Positions 19,032-27,362 of a DNA stretch of 64,000 nucleotides are shown piece after piece. The position numbers and the translations under genes are program-made. The notes below the pieces were generated by a model, which saw only the letters and a list, made by a program, of their open reading frames with translations, did no database searches and had not been told where the DNA came from. The DNA comes from Nitrospiria bacterium. Lineage in GTDB: Bacteria; Nitrospirota; Nitrospiria; SBBL01; JAADHI01. Each line of letters starts with the position of its first letter. Position 1 is the stretch's first letter. The stretch spans positions 2,990 through 66,989 of the forward strand of contig JBHHXH010000002.1 of assembly GCA_046756925.1 (NCBI GenBank), given 5' to 3'.

Positions 19032-20864
19032 ATGTCTTATGTGATCGGAATAGACCTCGGGACAACCAACAGTCTGGTTGCCGTTATGGATGGAGACACC
19101 CCCCGTGTCATTAAAGATCGCTTCGGAAAGACCTCTCTCCCATCGGTTGTCTATATTCCCTCATCGGGCGCCCCTCCAGTTGTCGTCGGAGATCCGGCCA
19201 AGAAACATCTGGTGACGGATTCGGATCGGACAATATATTCCATTAAACGGTTTATGGGGAAAGGCCGGGACGAAATTCAAGAAGATACGAAAAGAATCCC
19301 TTACAAATTGCTTGGCGATTCAAATGAATCCGTCCGCATTCAAGTGGGCGAACGGCTGTATACCCCTCCGGAAATTTCGGCGTTTATTCTTCGTGAGTTG
19401 AAGGAACGGGCCGAAGCCGACCTGAAAGAATCGGTGTCTCAAGCAGTGATCACGGTGCCCGCTTATTTTAACGACAGTCAAAGACAGGCGACAAAAGATG
19501 CGGGAAAGATCTCTGGGCTTGAAGTGCTTCGCATATTGAATGAACCCACAGCCGCATCCCTGGCCTATGGCCTACAAAAATCCAAAGAAGGGATCATCGC
19601 GGTATATGATCTCGGCGGCGGGACATTCGATATTTCAATCTTAAAAATCAAAGAGGGCATATTTGAAGTCCTTGCCACCAATGGCGATACGCATTTAGGC
19701 GGCGATGATTTTGATCAACGAATCGTGACCCTATTCTGCGAAGAGATTCGCCGAGAATATAAGATCGATCTTTTTGAATATCCTGAAGTGTTACAGGACA
19801 TTCGTCTGAAGGCCGAGCAAGCGAAGTCATTGCTCTCTACACAGGCCTCTTACGAGATTGAGATGGTGCTACCGATGAAAAAGGGAACCTACCGGCGTGA
19901 AATGACCAAAAAAGAATTCGAGGAAAACATTCAAGATTTGGTGGACCGTACGACCGATCCATGCCGCATGGCGCTTGTCGATGCGGGCTTGAAACCGGCG
20001 GATGTGAATGAAGTCGTACTGGTCGGAGGATCGACGCGTATCCCTTATATCCAGGAAACGGTGGCCAAGCTCTTTCATAAAACGCCTCACAGCGAACTCG
20101 ATCCGGAGAAGGTCGTCGCCTTGGGGGCGGCGATTCAAGCCAATATTCTCTCCGGGGGCATTACCAATCTGCTGCTTTTGGACGTCACCCCATTATCGCT
20201 TGGCATTGAAACCATGGGGGGGGTCGTGGGCCGCTTGATTCCGAGGAATACAACCATCCCGACCAGCGGGAAGGAAACCTTTTCAACCTTTGTAGATGGT
20301 CAGCAATCTGTATCCATTCATGTCGTGCAGGGAGAAAGAGAACTGGTGGCCGATTGCCGCAGCTTGGCAAAATTTAATCTGACCGGAATCGATCCCATGC
20401 CGGCGGGCATGCCTCGGATTGAGGTCACGTTTTTAATCGATGCAAACGGGATACTGAATGTGAAGGCCACAGACCTTCGGAGCGGCAAAGCGCAATCCAT
20501 CGAAGTGAAGCCGACCTACGGCCTCACGGAGACGGAAACCGAGGCAATGATCTCGGATTCGATGGAACATGCAAAAGAAGACATGGAAAAGCGCTTATTG
20601 ATCGAGCTAAAAAATGAAGCCGAAACCGTGATCAGACACACGGAAAAGGGGCTTTCGCAAGGATCGGACCTGATGGACAAGACCGAACGGAAAATGATCG
20701 AGTCGTCTCTTTACGATTTAAAGATCGCCCTTGCGAAAAATGACCGGAATATGATTCGCGAAATACTCAATCGTCTCGATGAAGTCACGCTTCCGCTCGC
20801 GGAAAAATTGATGAACCGCACCGTGAAAGAAGCGCTTCAAGATAAAGAGCTGACCGATCTTTAG
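19032..20864 (+). CDS. hscA: Fe-S cluster chaperone HscA (Hsp70 family)
   Basis: [23 protein letters not shown], 610 aa, directly downstream of hscB. Confidence 0.92.
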   Translation: MSYVIGIDLGTTNSLVAVMDGDTPRVIKDRFGKTSLPSVVYIPSSGAPPVVVGDPAKKHLVTDSDRTIYSIKRFMGKGRDEIQEDTKRIPYKLLGDSNESVRIQVGERLYTPPEISAFILRELKERAEADLKESVSQAVITVPAYFNDSQRQATKDAGKISGLEVLRILNEPTAASLAYGLQKSKEGIIAVYDLGGGTFDISILKIKEGIFEVLATNGDTHLGGDDFDQRIVTLFCEEIRREYKIDLFEYPEVLQDIRLKAEQAKSLLSTQASYEIEMVLPMKKGTYRREMTKKEFEENIQDLVDRTTDPCRMALVDAGLKPADVNEVVLVGGSTRIPYIQETVAKLFHKTPHSELDPEKVVALGAAIQANILSGGITNLLLLDVTPLSLGIETMGGVVGRLIPRNTTIPTSGKETFSTFVDGQQSVSIHVVQGERELVADCRSLAKFNLTGIDPMPAGMPRIEVTFLIDANGILNVKATDLRSGKAQSIEVKPTYGLTETETEAMISDSMEHAKEDMEKRLLIELKNEAETVIRHTEKGLSQGSDLMDKTERKMIESSLYDLKIALAKNDRNMIREILNRLDEVTLPLAEKLMNRTVKEALQDKELTDL

Positions 20865-20885
20865 AAACCTGTCCGGAAAGCCGAC

Positions 20886-21218
20886 ATGCCGAAGATTACA
20901 TTCCTAAAGGATGATCCGAACCGAAATATCACCATAGAATGCAAAACAGGGGAGACCATTCTCGATATTGCGCTTAAGAACGATATCGAGTTGGAACACA
21001 ATTGCGGCGGCAGTTGCGCCTGCACCACCTGCCATGTGATCGTTCGGGGAGGGTTGGACCATCTTTCCGATATGGAAGAAGACGAAGAAGATCGTCTGGA
21101 TACGGCCGAAGGGCTTACCCTCACCTCACGGCTCGGATGTCAGGCGGTCGTCGAGGGGGATTGTGTCGTCGAAATCCCAAAAAACGTGCAACCCTTCCGG
21201 AAGGCGGAACAACACTAA
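20886..21218 (+). CDS. fdx: [2Fe-2S] ferredoxin Fdx (adrenodoxin type)
   Basis: CGGSCACTTCH plus the downstream SRLGCQ Cys. 110 aa, in the isc context. Confidence 0.9.
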   Translation: MPKITFLKDDPNRNITIECKTGETILDIALKNDIELEHNCGGSCACTTCHVIVRGGLDHLSDMEEDEEDRLDTAEGLTLTSRLGCQAVVEGDCVVEIPKNVQPFRKAEQH

Positions 21219-21233
21219 GGAGTTTGAATAAAG

Positions 21234-21449
21234 ATGGATTTAAATTGGCACAGTATTGAAGACATCGGTGTGTTGTTGTTGGAAAATTATCCCGAAACGG
21301 ATCCCCTCAGCGTTCGATTTACTGACTTGCACAAAATGGTCACCGGTCTTTCCGGATTTTATGACGATCCCAAAAAATCGAACGAAGCAATTCTTGAAGC
21401 CATTCAAATGGCTTGGTATGAGGAATACAAAGACGCTCAAGACGAATAA
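21234..21449 (+). CDS. iscX: Fe-S assembly protein IscX
   Basis: 71 aa. WHSIEDIG...YPETDPLSVRFTDLHKMV...DDPKKSNEAILEAIQMAW parallels E. coli IscX (YfhJ). Confidence 0.8.
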   Translation: MDLNWHSIEDIGVLLLENYPETDPLSVRFTDLHKMVTGLSGFYDDPKKSNEAILEAIQMAWYEEYKDAQDE

Positions 21450-21687
21450 GTGAGCGTATGGGAACCCTCCGATCCTTTTTATTTCCGTGTTTCTGATTTT
21501 TTTCAATATCGTAAGATATTGCACCCTTCTGCATGATTTTTATTTCTGCTTCAACGGCCCCTTTGGTGGAATGGCGATTGGAATTGCGAATGGTCGTCAC
21601 GCCCTTTCTTGACAGCATCGGTCATGCACGATACATTTTATTCAATAAATAAACAGTGACACGATAGATATATCAAATAGAGATGCC

Positions 21688-22059
21688 GTGAAGATTTCAC
21701 AACGACTGTTTGAAAGCCAGCGACAATATAAACGAAAAAAAACGTTGAATGCCGTACGCTGGGATCACCGCGAAGGTGAAAACGTAGATGGAAAGATCCA
21801 CGATATTTCTCCGGCGGGCATCTTTTTGGCGCCGCTGGGGAAAATGCCGAAGGACATCCATCCGGAAGATCCGATATGGCTTGTCTTGCGTATCAACAAC
21901 AAAGATTATTTCCTTTCCGCCACGGTCCGTTGGCGGGGAGTGAGCAAGGAACATGGCGAATTCGGGTTTGGCCTTGAATTTGCCGACAATAGCAAGCGAC
22001 TTGCTGAAGATCTGTGTCTTAAAATGGCCGAAAGCGGCCTATTCTTCGTTCCCGCCTAA
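21688..22059 (+). CDS. PilZ domain protein
   Basis: RQYKRKK (RxxxR-like) followed by DISPAGIF (D/NxSxxG), the bipartite c-di-GMP-binding PilZ signature. GTG start. Confidence 0.65.
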   Translation: MKISQRLFESQRQYKRKKTLNAVRWDHREGENVDGKIHDISPAGIFLAPLGKMPKDIHPEDPIWLVLRINNKDYFLSATVRWRGVSKEHGEFGFGLEFADNSKRLAEDLCLKMAESGLFFVPA

Positions 22060-22298
22060 ATAACAAGAGCCCTATTAAGAAAACCGATGTCTCCCTCTCT
22101 GGAATGGCTTGTATCGAGCCAAGGTGCGCCGGAATTGTAGTGACGAGGGTTCACCTTAAAAATGTCGCATGTCTCAAGCCGGAAAATGATTAGATGACCT
22201 GAGAAAACAGAAGTCCTGTCATGCACTTATTCTTTATCTTGATGGGGTCCGAACCGATTCCTAATTCCATCCCTGTTAAAAGACCTATTAAAAAAACC

Positions 22299-22336
22299 TT
22301 GACAACAGTAAAATTTGGGAATATAATCCCAAATAT
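22299..22336 (+). promoter_or_regulatory. Consensus sigma70 promoter with embedded palindromic operator (copy 2)
   Basis: TTGACA (22299-22304), a 17-nt spacer, then TATAAT (22322-22327). The -10 lies in the middle of ATTTGGGA-ATATAA-TCCCAAAT. The 24-nt core 22313-22336 is identical to 6475-6498 on the opposite strand. Confidence 0.55.
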
Positions 22337-22358
22337 GAAGAGATGAGGGAGCACAGAT

Positions 22359-23324
22359 TTGAAGACCACAAAAAAAATAAACATCCAATTTTTACTGGTA
22401 ATCGCCATGATAGTCACAATTCTCCTATGTCCTCGCTGGCGTAAAAAAGCCCATGCCAGCCATGAACAAATCGATATCGCCTCTTTTTGGGGAGAAATAG
22501 AAACCGGTTTTCTCTACGACGATAATATTTTTCAAGTAAAGGATGGAAAGGAATCGGATATGATTTGGGAGTCCAACCTATCCTTGTCCTATCTTCCGAA
22601 GGAGATCAAATGGAGCGCCCGAGCAATATTTGATCGATATCGAAAAAACAACGAGTTGAATTATGTCTACTATGAAGTCGGTATGGAACGCCCATTTGGT
22701 CAGAGAAATTATGGAAGTGTCGTCCTTCATCTGTCTCCTTCCGCCTTGCTCGACAAGCAAGATCCGAATAGAGAACCCTTCTCGTTAGAATCTTACGGGT
22801 TCAGCGCCACGGTCGACCGGAACACCGATCGAATAGGCAATATTGGCATAAACTTTTCTTACACGCGATTGGATTACGGGGCTCCTTTTAATGCAAAAGA
22901 TACGAATATATTAAGCCTCAGTCCGTCTCTTTTTTATCGGATGGGAGACTACTGGCGTTTTTTGGCCGAGGTAACCTACGAAAAGGGAGACGCGCAGGGA
23001 GGATTTATCTTGACCGATATTCCGGATGACATCTCCTATACAGCGCTCGCGGCTTCCTTCAAGATTGTTTATCAGGTCAGGGAAAATACACGGTTGCGGT
23101 TTCGCTACAAGATTCGCAAAAAACGATTTAGCACGGAAGGGGCCGATGCTTTTCATAAGGATAGGAACGATGCCAACCATGCTTTGTATGCCGAGATACA
23201 ATACAATCCGGTCGAAAAGGTAAGCGTTTTTAGCCGCATAGACCGCTTGTGGCGGAATTCAAACCTTGATTTTGTCGCTTTTAACGAGACACGGTGGATG
23301 CTGTCCGTGGCATATCGGTTCTAA
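22359..23324 (+). CDS. Outer-membrane beta-barrel protein (family uncertain, possibly BBP2/OmpL-like)
   Basis: TTG start with GAGGGAG RBS. Signal peptide ending AHA. Alternating amphipathic strands, and a C-terminal ...LSVAYRF with terminal Phe typical of BAM substrates. Confidence 0.6.
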   Translation: MKTTKKINIQFLLVIAMIVTILLCPRWRKKAHASHEQIDIASFWGEIETGFLYDDNIFQVKDGKESDMIWESNLSLSYLPKEIKWSARAIFDRYRKNNELNYVYYEVGMERPFGQRNYGSVVLHLSPSALLDKQDPNREPFSLESYGFSATVDRNTDRIGNIGINFSYTRLDYGAPFNAKDTNILSLSPSLFYRMGDYWRFLAEVTYEKGDAQGGFILTDIPDDISYTALAASFKIVYQVRENTRLRFRYKIRKKRFSTEGADAFHKDRNDANHALYAEIQYNPVEKVSVFSRIDRLWRNSNLDFVAFNETRWMLSVAYRF

Positions 23325-23515
23325 TTGATTATATGGCATCGATGCATTTGGAATTGTTAAACGAGATGCCCACTGCCCAGTTAGAAATAAGAAAACGTGA
23401 GAGGAGGCGCCGTATCCTCATCAATATCGAAAATAACAGCGGCGAAAGAACGAAGATCAACTGAAATGTTTCGGTTGAGGTTAAACAACTTTTTTATTAT
23501 TTGGAGGGTCAAAAA

Positions 23516-24118
23516 ATGGACGCAAGAAAATATAGACGGATATTAATCGGAGGAATTGCATTTTCTTTCTTGTTCGCGTTGGTGTCCCATGCGGCCGGCC
23601 TTGACGACCGTGTCACAGGCGTGAAACTGCGTGGCGACGGCACCGTCGATGATGCGCCGGGAAGACATATCCAAGACGATGATATTGGTCCGGATGGACT
23701 CAAGCGCCGGGGGGATGGATCGATCGACGATACCCAACCCAATCGACCTGGCGGGATGAATGACGTAAAGCGCCGTGGCGACGGCACCATCGATGACCAT
23801 TCACGGGACCGGCATCGTGATGGGGATGACCACGCCAGAATGAGAGAGGACGATCGTAACGACAGGTCCCATCGAGGCAGAGGACGCGGACGCGGTCGTG
23901 GCCGAGGACGTGGGCGCGGGGGCGATCACGATGTAAGAGTTTCCATGGAGGAGCATCGGGGACGAGGCCGTGATCATGACCGTATGGAAGATCGTGTCGC
24001 CGCCCGGAGGGACGACCACCGGGGTCGCGGCCGGGACGATCACCGGACCCGCGAAAGAGACGACGACCGGAATCGCGGACGAGATGACGACCGAGGCCGT
24101 GGAAGAGACGATAACTAA
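23516..24118 (+). CDS. Secreted low-complexity Arg/Asp/Gly-rich repeat protein
   Basis: ATG at 23516 after GGAGGG. Signal peptide ILIGGIAFSFLFALVSHAAG. Three repeats [KR][LR]RGDG[TS][VI]DD, then a run of RG dipeptides (HRGRGRGRGRGRGRGG) and an RD/RG-rich tail to the stop. Confidence 0.6.
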   Translation: MDARKYRRILIGGIAFSFLFALVSHAAGLDDRVTGVKLRGDGTVDDAPGRHIQDDDIGPDGLKRRGDGSIDDTQPNRPGGMNDVKRRGDGTIDDHSRDRHRDGDDHARMREDDRNDRSHRGRGRGRGRGRGRGRGGDHDVRVSMEEHRGRGRDHDRMEDRVAARRDDHRGRGRDDHRTRERDDDRNRGRDDDRGRGRDDN

Positions 24119-24205
24119 GTCCATGCCGTAAAAGCAATACCGGCCAAAACGGCATATCGCCAGCCGGCAAGTCTCCTTTATTTATTTCCTTAATCTGCCT
24201 ATCTG

Positions 24206-24240
24206 AAAGGGCATCTCCTTGAGATGCCCTTTCTTTATTT
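24206..24240 (+). terminator. Rho-independent terminator
   Basis: Perfect 12-bp stem AAAGGGCATCTC / GAGATGCCCTTT (24206-24217 and 24221-24232) with a 3-nt loop, followed by TTCTTTATTT. Confidence 0.7.
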
Positions 24241-24518
24241 GGGAGTCTCAAAAATTATTTCCTAAAACGATTATGGATGCTTTGCGAAAAGGATTTCACG
24301 GATAGACAACAGAATCGGTTGAGCATGTGTGTTGCCTACCGATTCATATTCATGTTGAGAAGGCAAGATTATTGCGAAACGATTCGAATGTAGGTTATAT
24401 AAAAAGTAGAGTGTTTTTTTACGCAAGAGGATCGATAAATGCCGTCATCGAGGCTCAGGTAATCAATAGGCATATTGGAGCTTCCGAATTTTATCGTGCG
24501 AGGAAAGGAGGTATTGTC

Positions 24519-25658
24519 ATGAAAGAACCGGCGCAAACGAACGCAAAGTATATTATCACCTGCCTGCTCATCTTTTTACTTGTCTTATTGGTCGAGGGCT
24601 GTGTCACAAAGGACCGGTTTATGAGTCAGGTCTCGGAAACCCAGGGTCTCGCGAGACAGCTTGGAGAAGTTCAGCAGGCACATGATGATTTGAAAAGAGA
24701 AGCGGTTGCCTTAAAAAAGCGTCTCGCAAACCTGAGTGCCGCGCTGACCGATGCGCAAGAAGAAGCCGCGCAAAGAGAGAGGGTGCTCGGAGATGAAAAA
24801 CAAGGTTTGGAGACGGCGCTGGCCCGGTCAAAGCAAGACCTGTCGGCACTGGAGCACCGGTTGGCGGAAAAGGAGACAGAAGCGGCTGCCTTAAAAAAGC
24901 GTCTCGAGAATCTGAGTGCGGCGCTAAGCGCCGCCAAAAAAGAAGCTGCGCAAAGAGAGAGGGTGCTCCGAGTTGAAAAACAAGGTTTGGAGACGGCACT
25001 GGCGCAGTCGAAGCAAGACCTGTCGGCGTTGGAGCACCGGTTGGCGGCGAAGGCGGATGCACTCGAGGCCCTGCGGGCCGAGCACGATGCCGTCCATCAG
25101 GAGAATGAAAAGCTCCGGGAGGCGCTCGAGCTCAGCGAGGCGGATCTGGAGCGAATGAAACGTGAGATAAAAGAAAGCTCGAAAGCACACCAAGACCTTG
25201 TGAGAGGACTTAAAAAAGAAATCGATGAAGGCAGCATCAAGATTAAGAAACTAAAAAATCGTCTGCATGTCGAAATTGTCGACAGCATTCTCTTTGCTTC
25301 CGGAAGCGACCGAATCACGTTGGAAGGGAAGGGTGTCTTGACCAAGGTGAGTGACGTTTTAAAAGACGTGAGGGAAAACGACATCCGGATAGAAGGGCAT
25401 ACCGATCATGTTCCGATCGGTCCTAAAATCATCGATAAATTCCCGACCAATTGGGAACTCTCCACCGCACGCTCGACGCAGGTCGTTCGCTTTCTCTTCG
25501 GGCAGGGGGTGCAGCCGGAAAATATGCAGGCGGCCGGTTTTTCCAAGTATCGTCCGGTGGCATCGAACGAAATTCCTGAAGGAAGACGGCGAAACAGACG
25601 CATCGAGATCGTCCTGTTTCCAAGAGATCTCTTAAGGCTCGCTGAAGCGGTTGAATGA
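24519..25658 (+). CDS. OmpA/MotB-family peptidoglycan-binding lipoprotein with coiled-coil repeats
   Basis: ATG at 24519 after AGGAAAGGAGG. Lipobox LVEGC. Long heptad-like region, then a C-terminal OmpA_C pattern (IRIEGHTDHVPIG...NWELSTARSTQVVRFL...NRRIEIVLFP). Confidence 0.8.
   Translation: MKEPAQTNAKYIITCLLIFLLVLLVEGCVTKDRFMSQVSETQGLARQLGEVQQAHDDLKREAVALKKRLANLSAALTDAQEEAAQRERVLGDEKQGLETALARSKQDLSALEHRLAEKETEAAALKKRLENLSAALSAAKKEAAQRERVLRVEKQGLETALAQSKQDLSALEHRLAAKADALEALRAEHDAVHQENEKLREALELSEADLERMKREIKESSKAHQDLVRGLKKEIDEGSIKIKKLKNRLHVEIVDSILFASGSDRITLEGKGVLTKVSDVLKDVRENDIRIEGHTDHVPIGPKIIDKFPTNWELSTARSTQVVRFLFGQGVQPENMQAAGFSKYRPVASNEIPEGRRRNRRIEIVLFPRDLLRLAEAVE
24699..25058 (+). repeat. 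Tandem 2 x 180-bp in-frame duplication inside the OmpA-family gene
   Basis: 24699-24878 and 24879-25058 align base for base (gaagcggYtgccttaaaaaagcgtctcg...ctgtcggcRYtggagcaccggttggcgg), about 85% identical by eye. Each copy encodes 60 aa (EAxALKKRLxNLSAAL...QDLSALEHRLA). Confidence 0.85.
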
Positions 25659-25734
25659 AACCACTTCGACTTCGATCACAAAGCATCATTTCGGATGGGC
25701 CGTATGATAAGAAGACGATTGTCTCCCTTAGATC

Positions 25735-26892
25735 TTATGATTTTGTCATCGCCGATATTAATATTTCGGCGACTTCGGGACGGCTGAATTCGAGCGGTGG
25801 TTTGATCCCCGCACTGAGCATCTCACGCACCTTCGTGCCGGAAAGGGCAACCCGTTCCGCCGGGTCGTGTGGGCAGGTCTTGGAAGACACCATGCCCAGG
25901 CAACGCTTGCAATAAAAAGTATGATCGAAGAAGAGCGGCCGAATACCGAGTTCGCCGTCCTCGAATTCCTTAAAAATATTTTGCGCGTCGTAGGTGCCGT
26001 AAAAGTCTCCCACGCCGGCATGGTCGCGGCCGACGATAAAATGGGTGACCCCGTAGTTCTTTCTGCAGATGGCGTGAAAGATGGCCTCTTTCGGACCCGC
26101 GTAGCGCATGGCGGCTGGAAAGACGGAAAGGACGGTCCGGTCTTTCGGATAATACTGATCGAGTAAGACTTTGTAGCAATCCATTCGGACATCGGCGGGG
26201 ATGTCCCCTTCTTTTGTCGCGCCCACAATCGGATGGAGAAGCAAACCGTCCGTGATTTCCAAGGCGCACTTTTGGATATATTCATGGGCCCGGTGGACCG
26301 GGTTCCGTGTTTGGAAAGCGACAACACGATGCCATCCTCTCTCTTCGAACAGCGCTCTTGTTTGAGCCGGTTCAAGACGGTGTGATTGAAAGGGCATGTT
26401 GGGAGGGCGCTGGATCATCTCGATCGGTCCTCCAAGTAGTAAAGGGCCGAGGGAATGGGTATAGGCCACACCGGGATGGCGCATCTCGTGGGTCCCATAA
26501 ACACTGAGCGCTTCCGCTTCCTTGTCGAAGGCAAACATCTCTTGTACCCGAAGGATGGCCAGGAGGGTTTCGGATGCATCGGTCAAGGCAATTTCTTGCC
26601 CTTCTTTAATGGCCGAAGCCTCGTCCGCCGAGACCGACAAGGTGATGGGGAGACTCCAGGGCAGACCGTTCGAAAGACGCATCGAATGGAGCACACTGTG
26701 GTAGTCGTCACTGCACATGAAGCCCTCAAGAGGAGAAAACACGCCGCTTGCAATCAATTCCAAATCCGAAATCTCGCGAGGTGTCAATACAATTTTCTTC
26801 AGGGTCGCTGCTTTTTGCGTTGTGCGGTCAATTTCTTTGGCTTCAACGAATCGGTTGATCAGTTTTCCGCCGTGGGGTGTTGAAATCTTCAT
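25735..26892 (-). CDS. sat: Sulfate adenylyltransferase (ATP sulfurylase, homo-oligomeric Sat type)
   Basis: Start at MKISTPHGGKL (ATG 26892 after AAGGAG). QTRNPVHRAHE and VGRDHAGVG motifs. Confidence 0.9.
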   Translation of the reverse strand: MKISTPHGGKLINRFVEAKEIDRTTQKAATLKKIVLTPREISDLELIASGVFSPLEGFMCSDDYHSVLHSMRLSNGLPWSLPITLSVSADEASAIKEGQEIALTDASETLLAILRVQEMFAFDKEAEALSVYGTHEMRHPGVAYTHSLGPLLLGGPIEMIQRPPNMPFQSHRLEPAQTRALFEERGWHRVVAFQTRNPVHRAHEYIQKCALEITDGLLLHPIVGATKEGDIPADVRMDCYKVLLDQYYPKDRTVLSVFPAAMRYAGPKEAIFHAICRKNYGVTHFIVGRDHAGVGDFYGTYDAQNIFKEFEDGELGIRPLFFDHTFYCKRCLGMVSSKTCPHDPAERVALSGTKVREMLSAGIKPPLEFSRPEVAEILISAMTKS

Positions 26893-26958
26893 AAAATCTC
26901 CTTGCTTAAAGCTTATAAATGGAATCAAGAAAAAAACGTTTTCAACTTTTGTTTCGAA

Positions 26959-27345
26959 TTAGATCGAAAAATCGAGGCCCTGCGCGCCGTCTTCGATCGT
27001 TTCATCGAGCGCGATCTTCATAACCTTCGTCCGGATGGTGAAGGTCTCTTTCTTCCCCTTGATATCGACCGCTTCCCAAGAGATAAAATCGCGTGTTTTG
27101 TGCACATGCGGCGCCAGCTTCGCCCCCTTTGATCCGAATTGATACGAAAGATGAAACTCGATCGCCTCTTCAGGACAGGCTTTGACGCAGGGCAGACAAT
27201 CCCAGCAATCTTCCGGATATTTCAAGTGGGCCTTGTTGACGGAATGATCTTTTACGATCAGGTCGCCGGGGCACATCCGTACACAAGGGGGTTGTCTTGA
27301 ATTGTAACAGCCGTTGCATTTTTCCGGGTCCACCCATACAGGCAT
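26959..27345 (-). CDS. aprB: Adenylylsulfate (APS) reductase beta subunit AprB
   Basis: MPVWVDPEKCNGCYNSRQPPCVRMCPGDLI and CWDCLPCVKACP (two 4Fe-4S motifs) parallel AprB of Archaeoglobus and other sulfate reducers. 128 aa. Confidence 0.85.
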   Translation of the reverse strand: MPVWVDPEKCNGCYNSRQPPCVRMCPGDLIVKDHSVNKAHLKYPEDCWDCLPCVKACPEEAIEFHLSYQFGSKGAKLAPHVHKTRDFISWEAVDIKGKKETFTIRTKVMKIALDETIEDGAQGLDFSI

Positions 27346-27362
27346 CGCTCAATTTCCTTTCA

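Noticed and set aside
23700-24251. Antisense and alternative-frame ORFs over the Arg/Asp/Gly-rich gene (23700..24251-, 23801..24124-, 23509..23790-)
   Set aside because: These are low-complexity GA/GC repeats that stay open in several frames. Only the plus-strand frame has an RBS, an ATG, a signal peptide and a downstream terminator.
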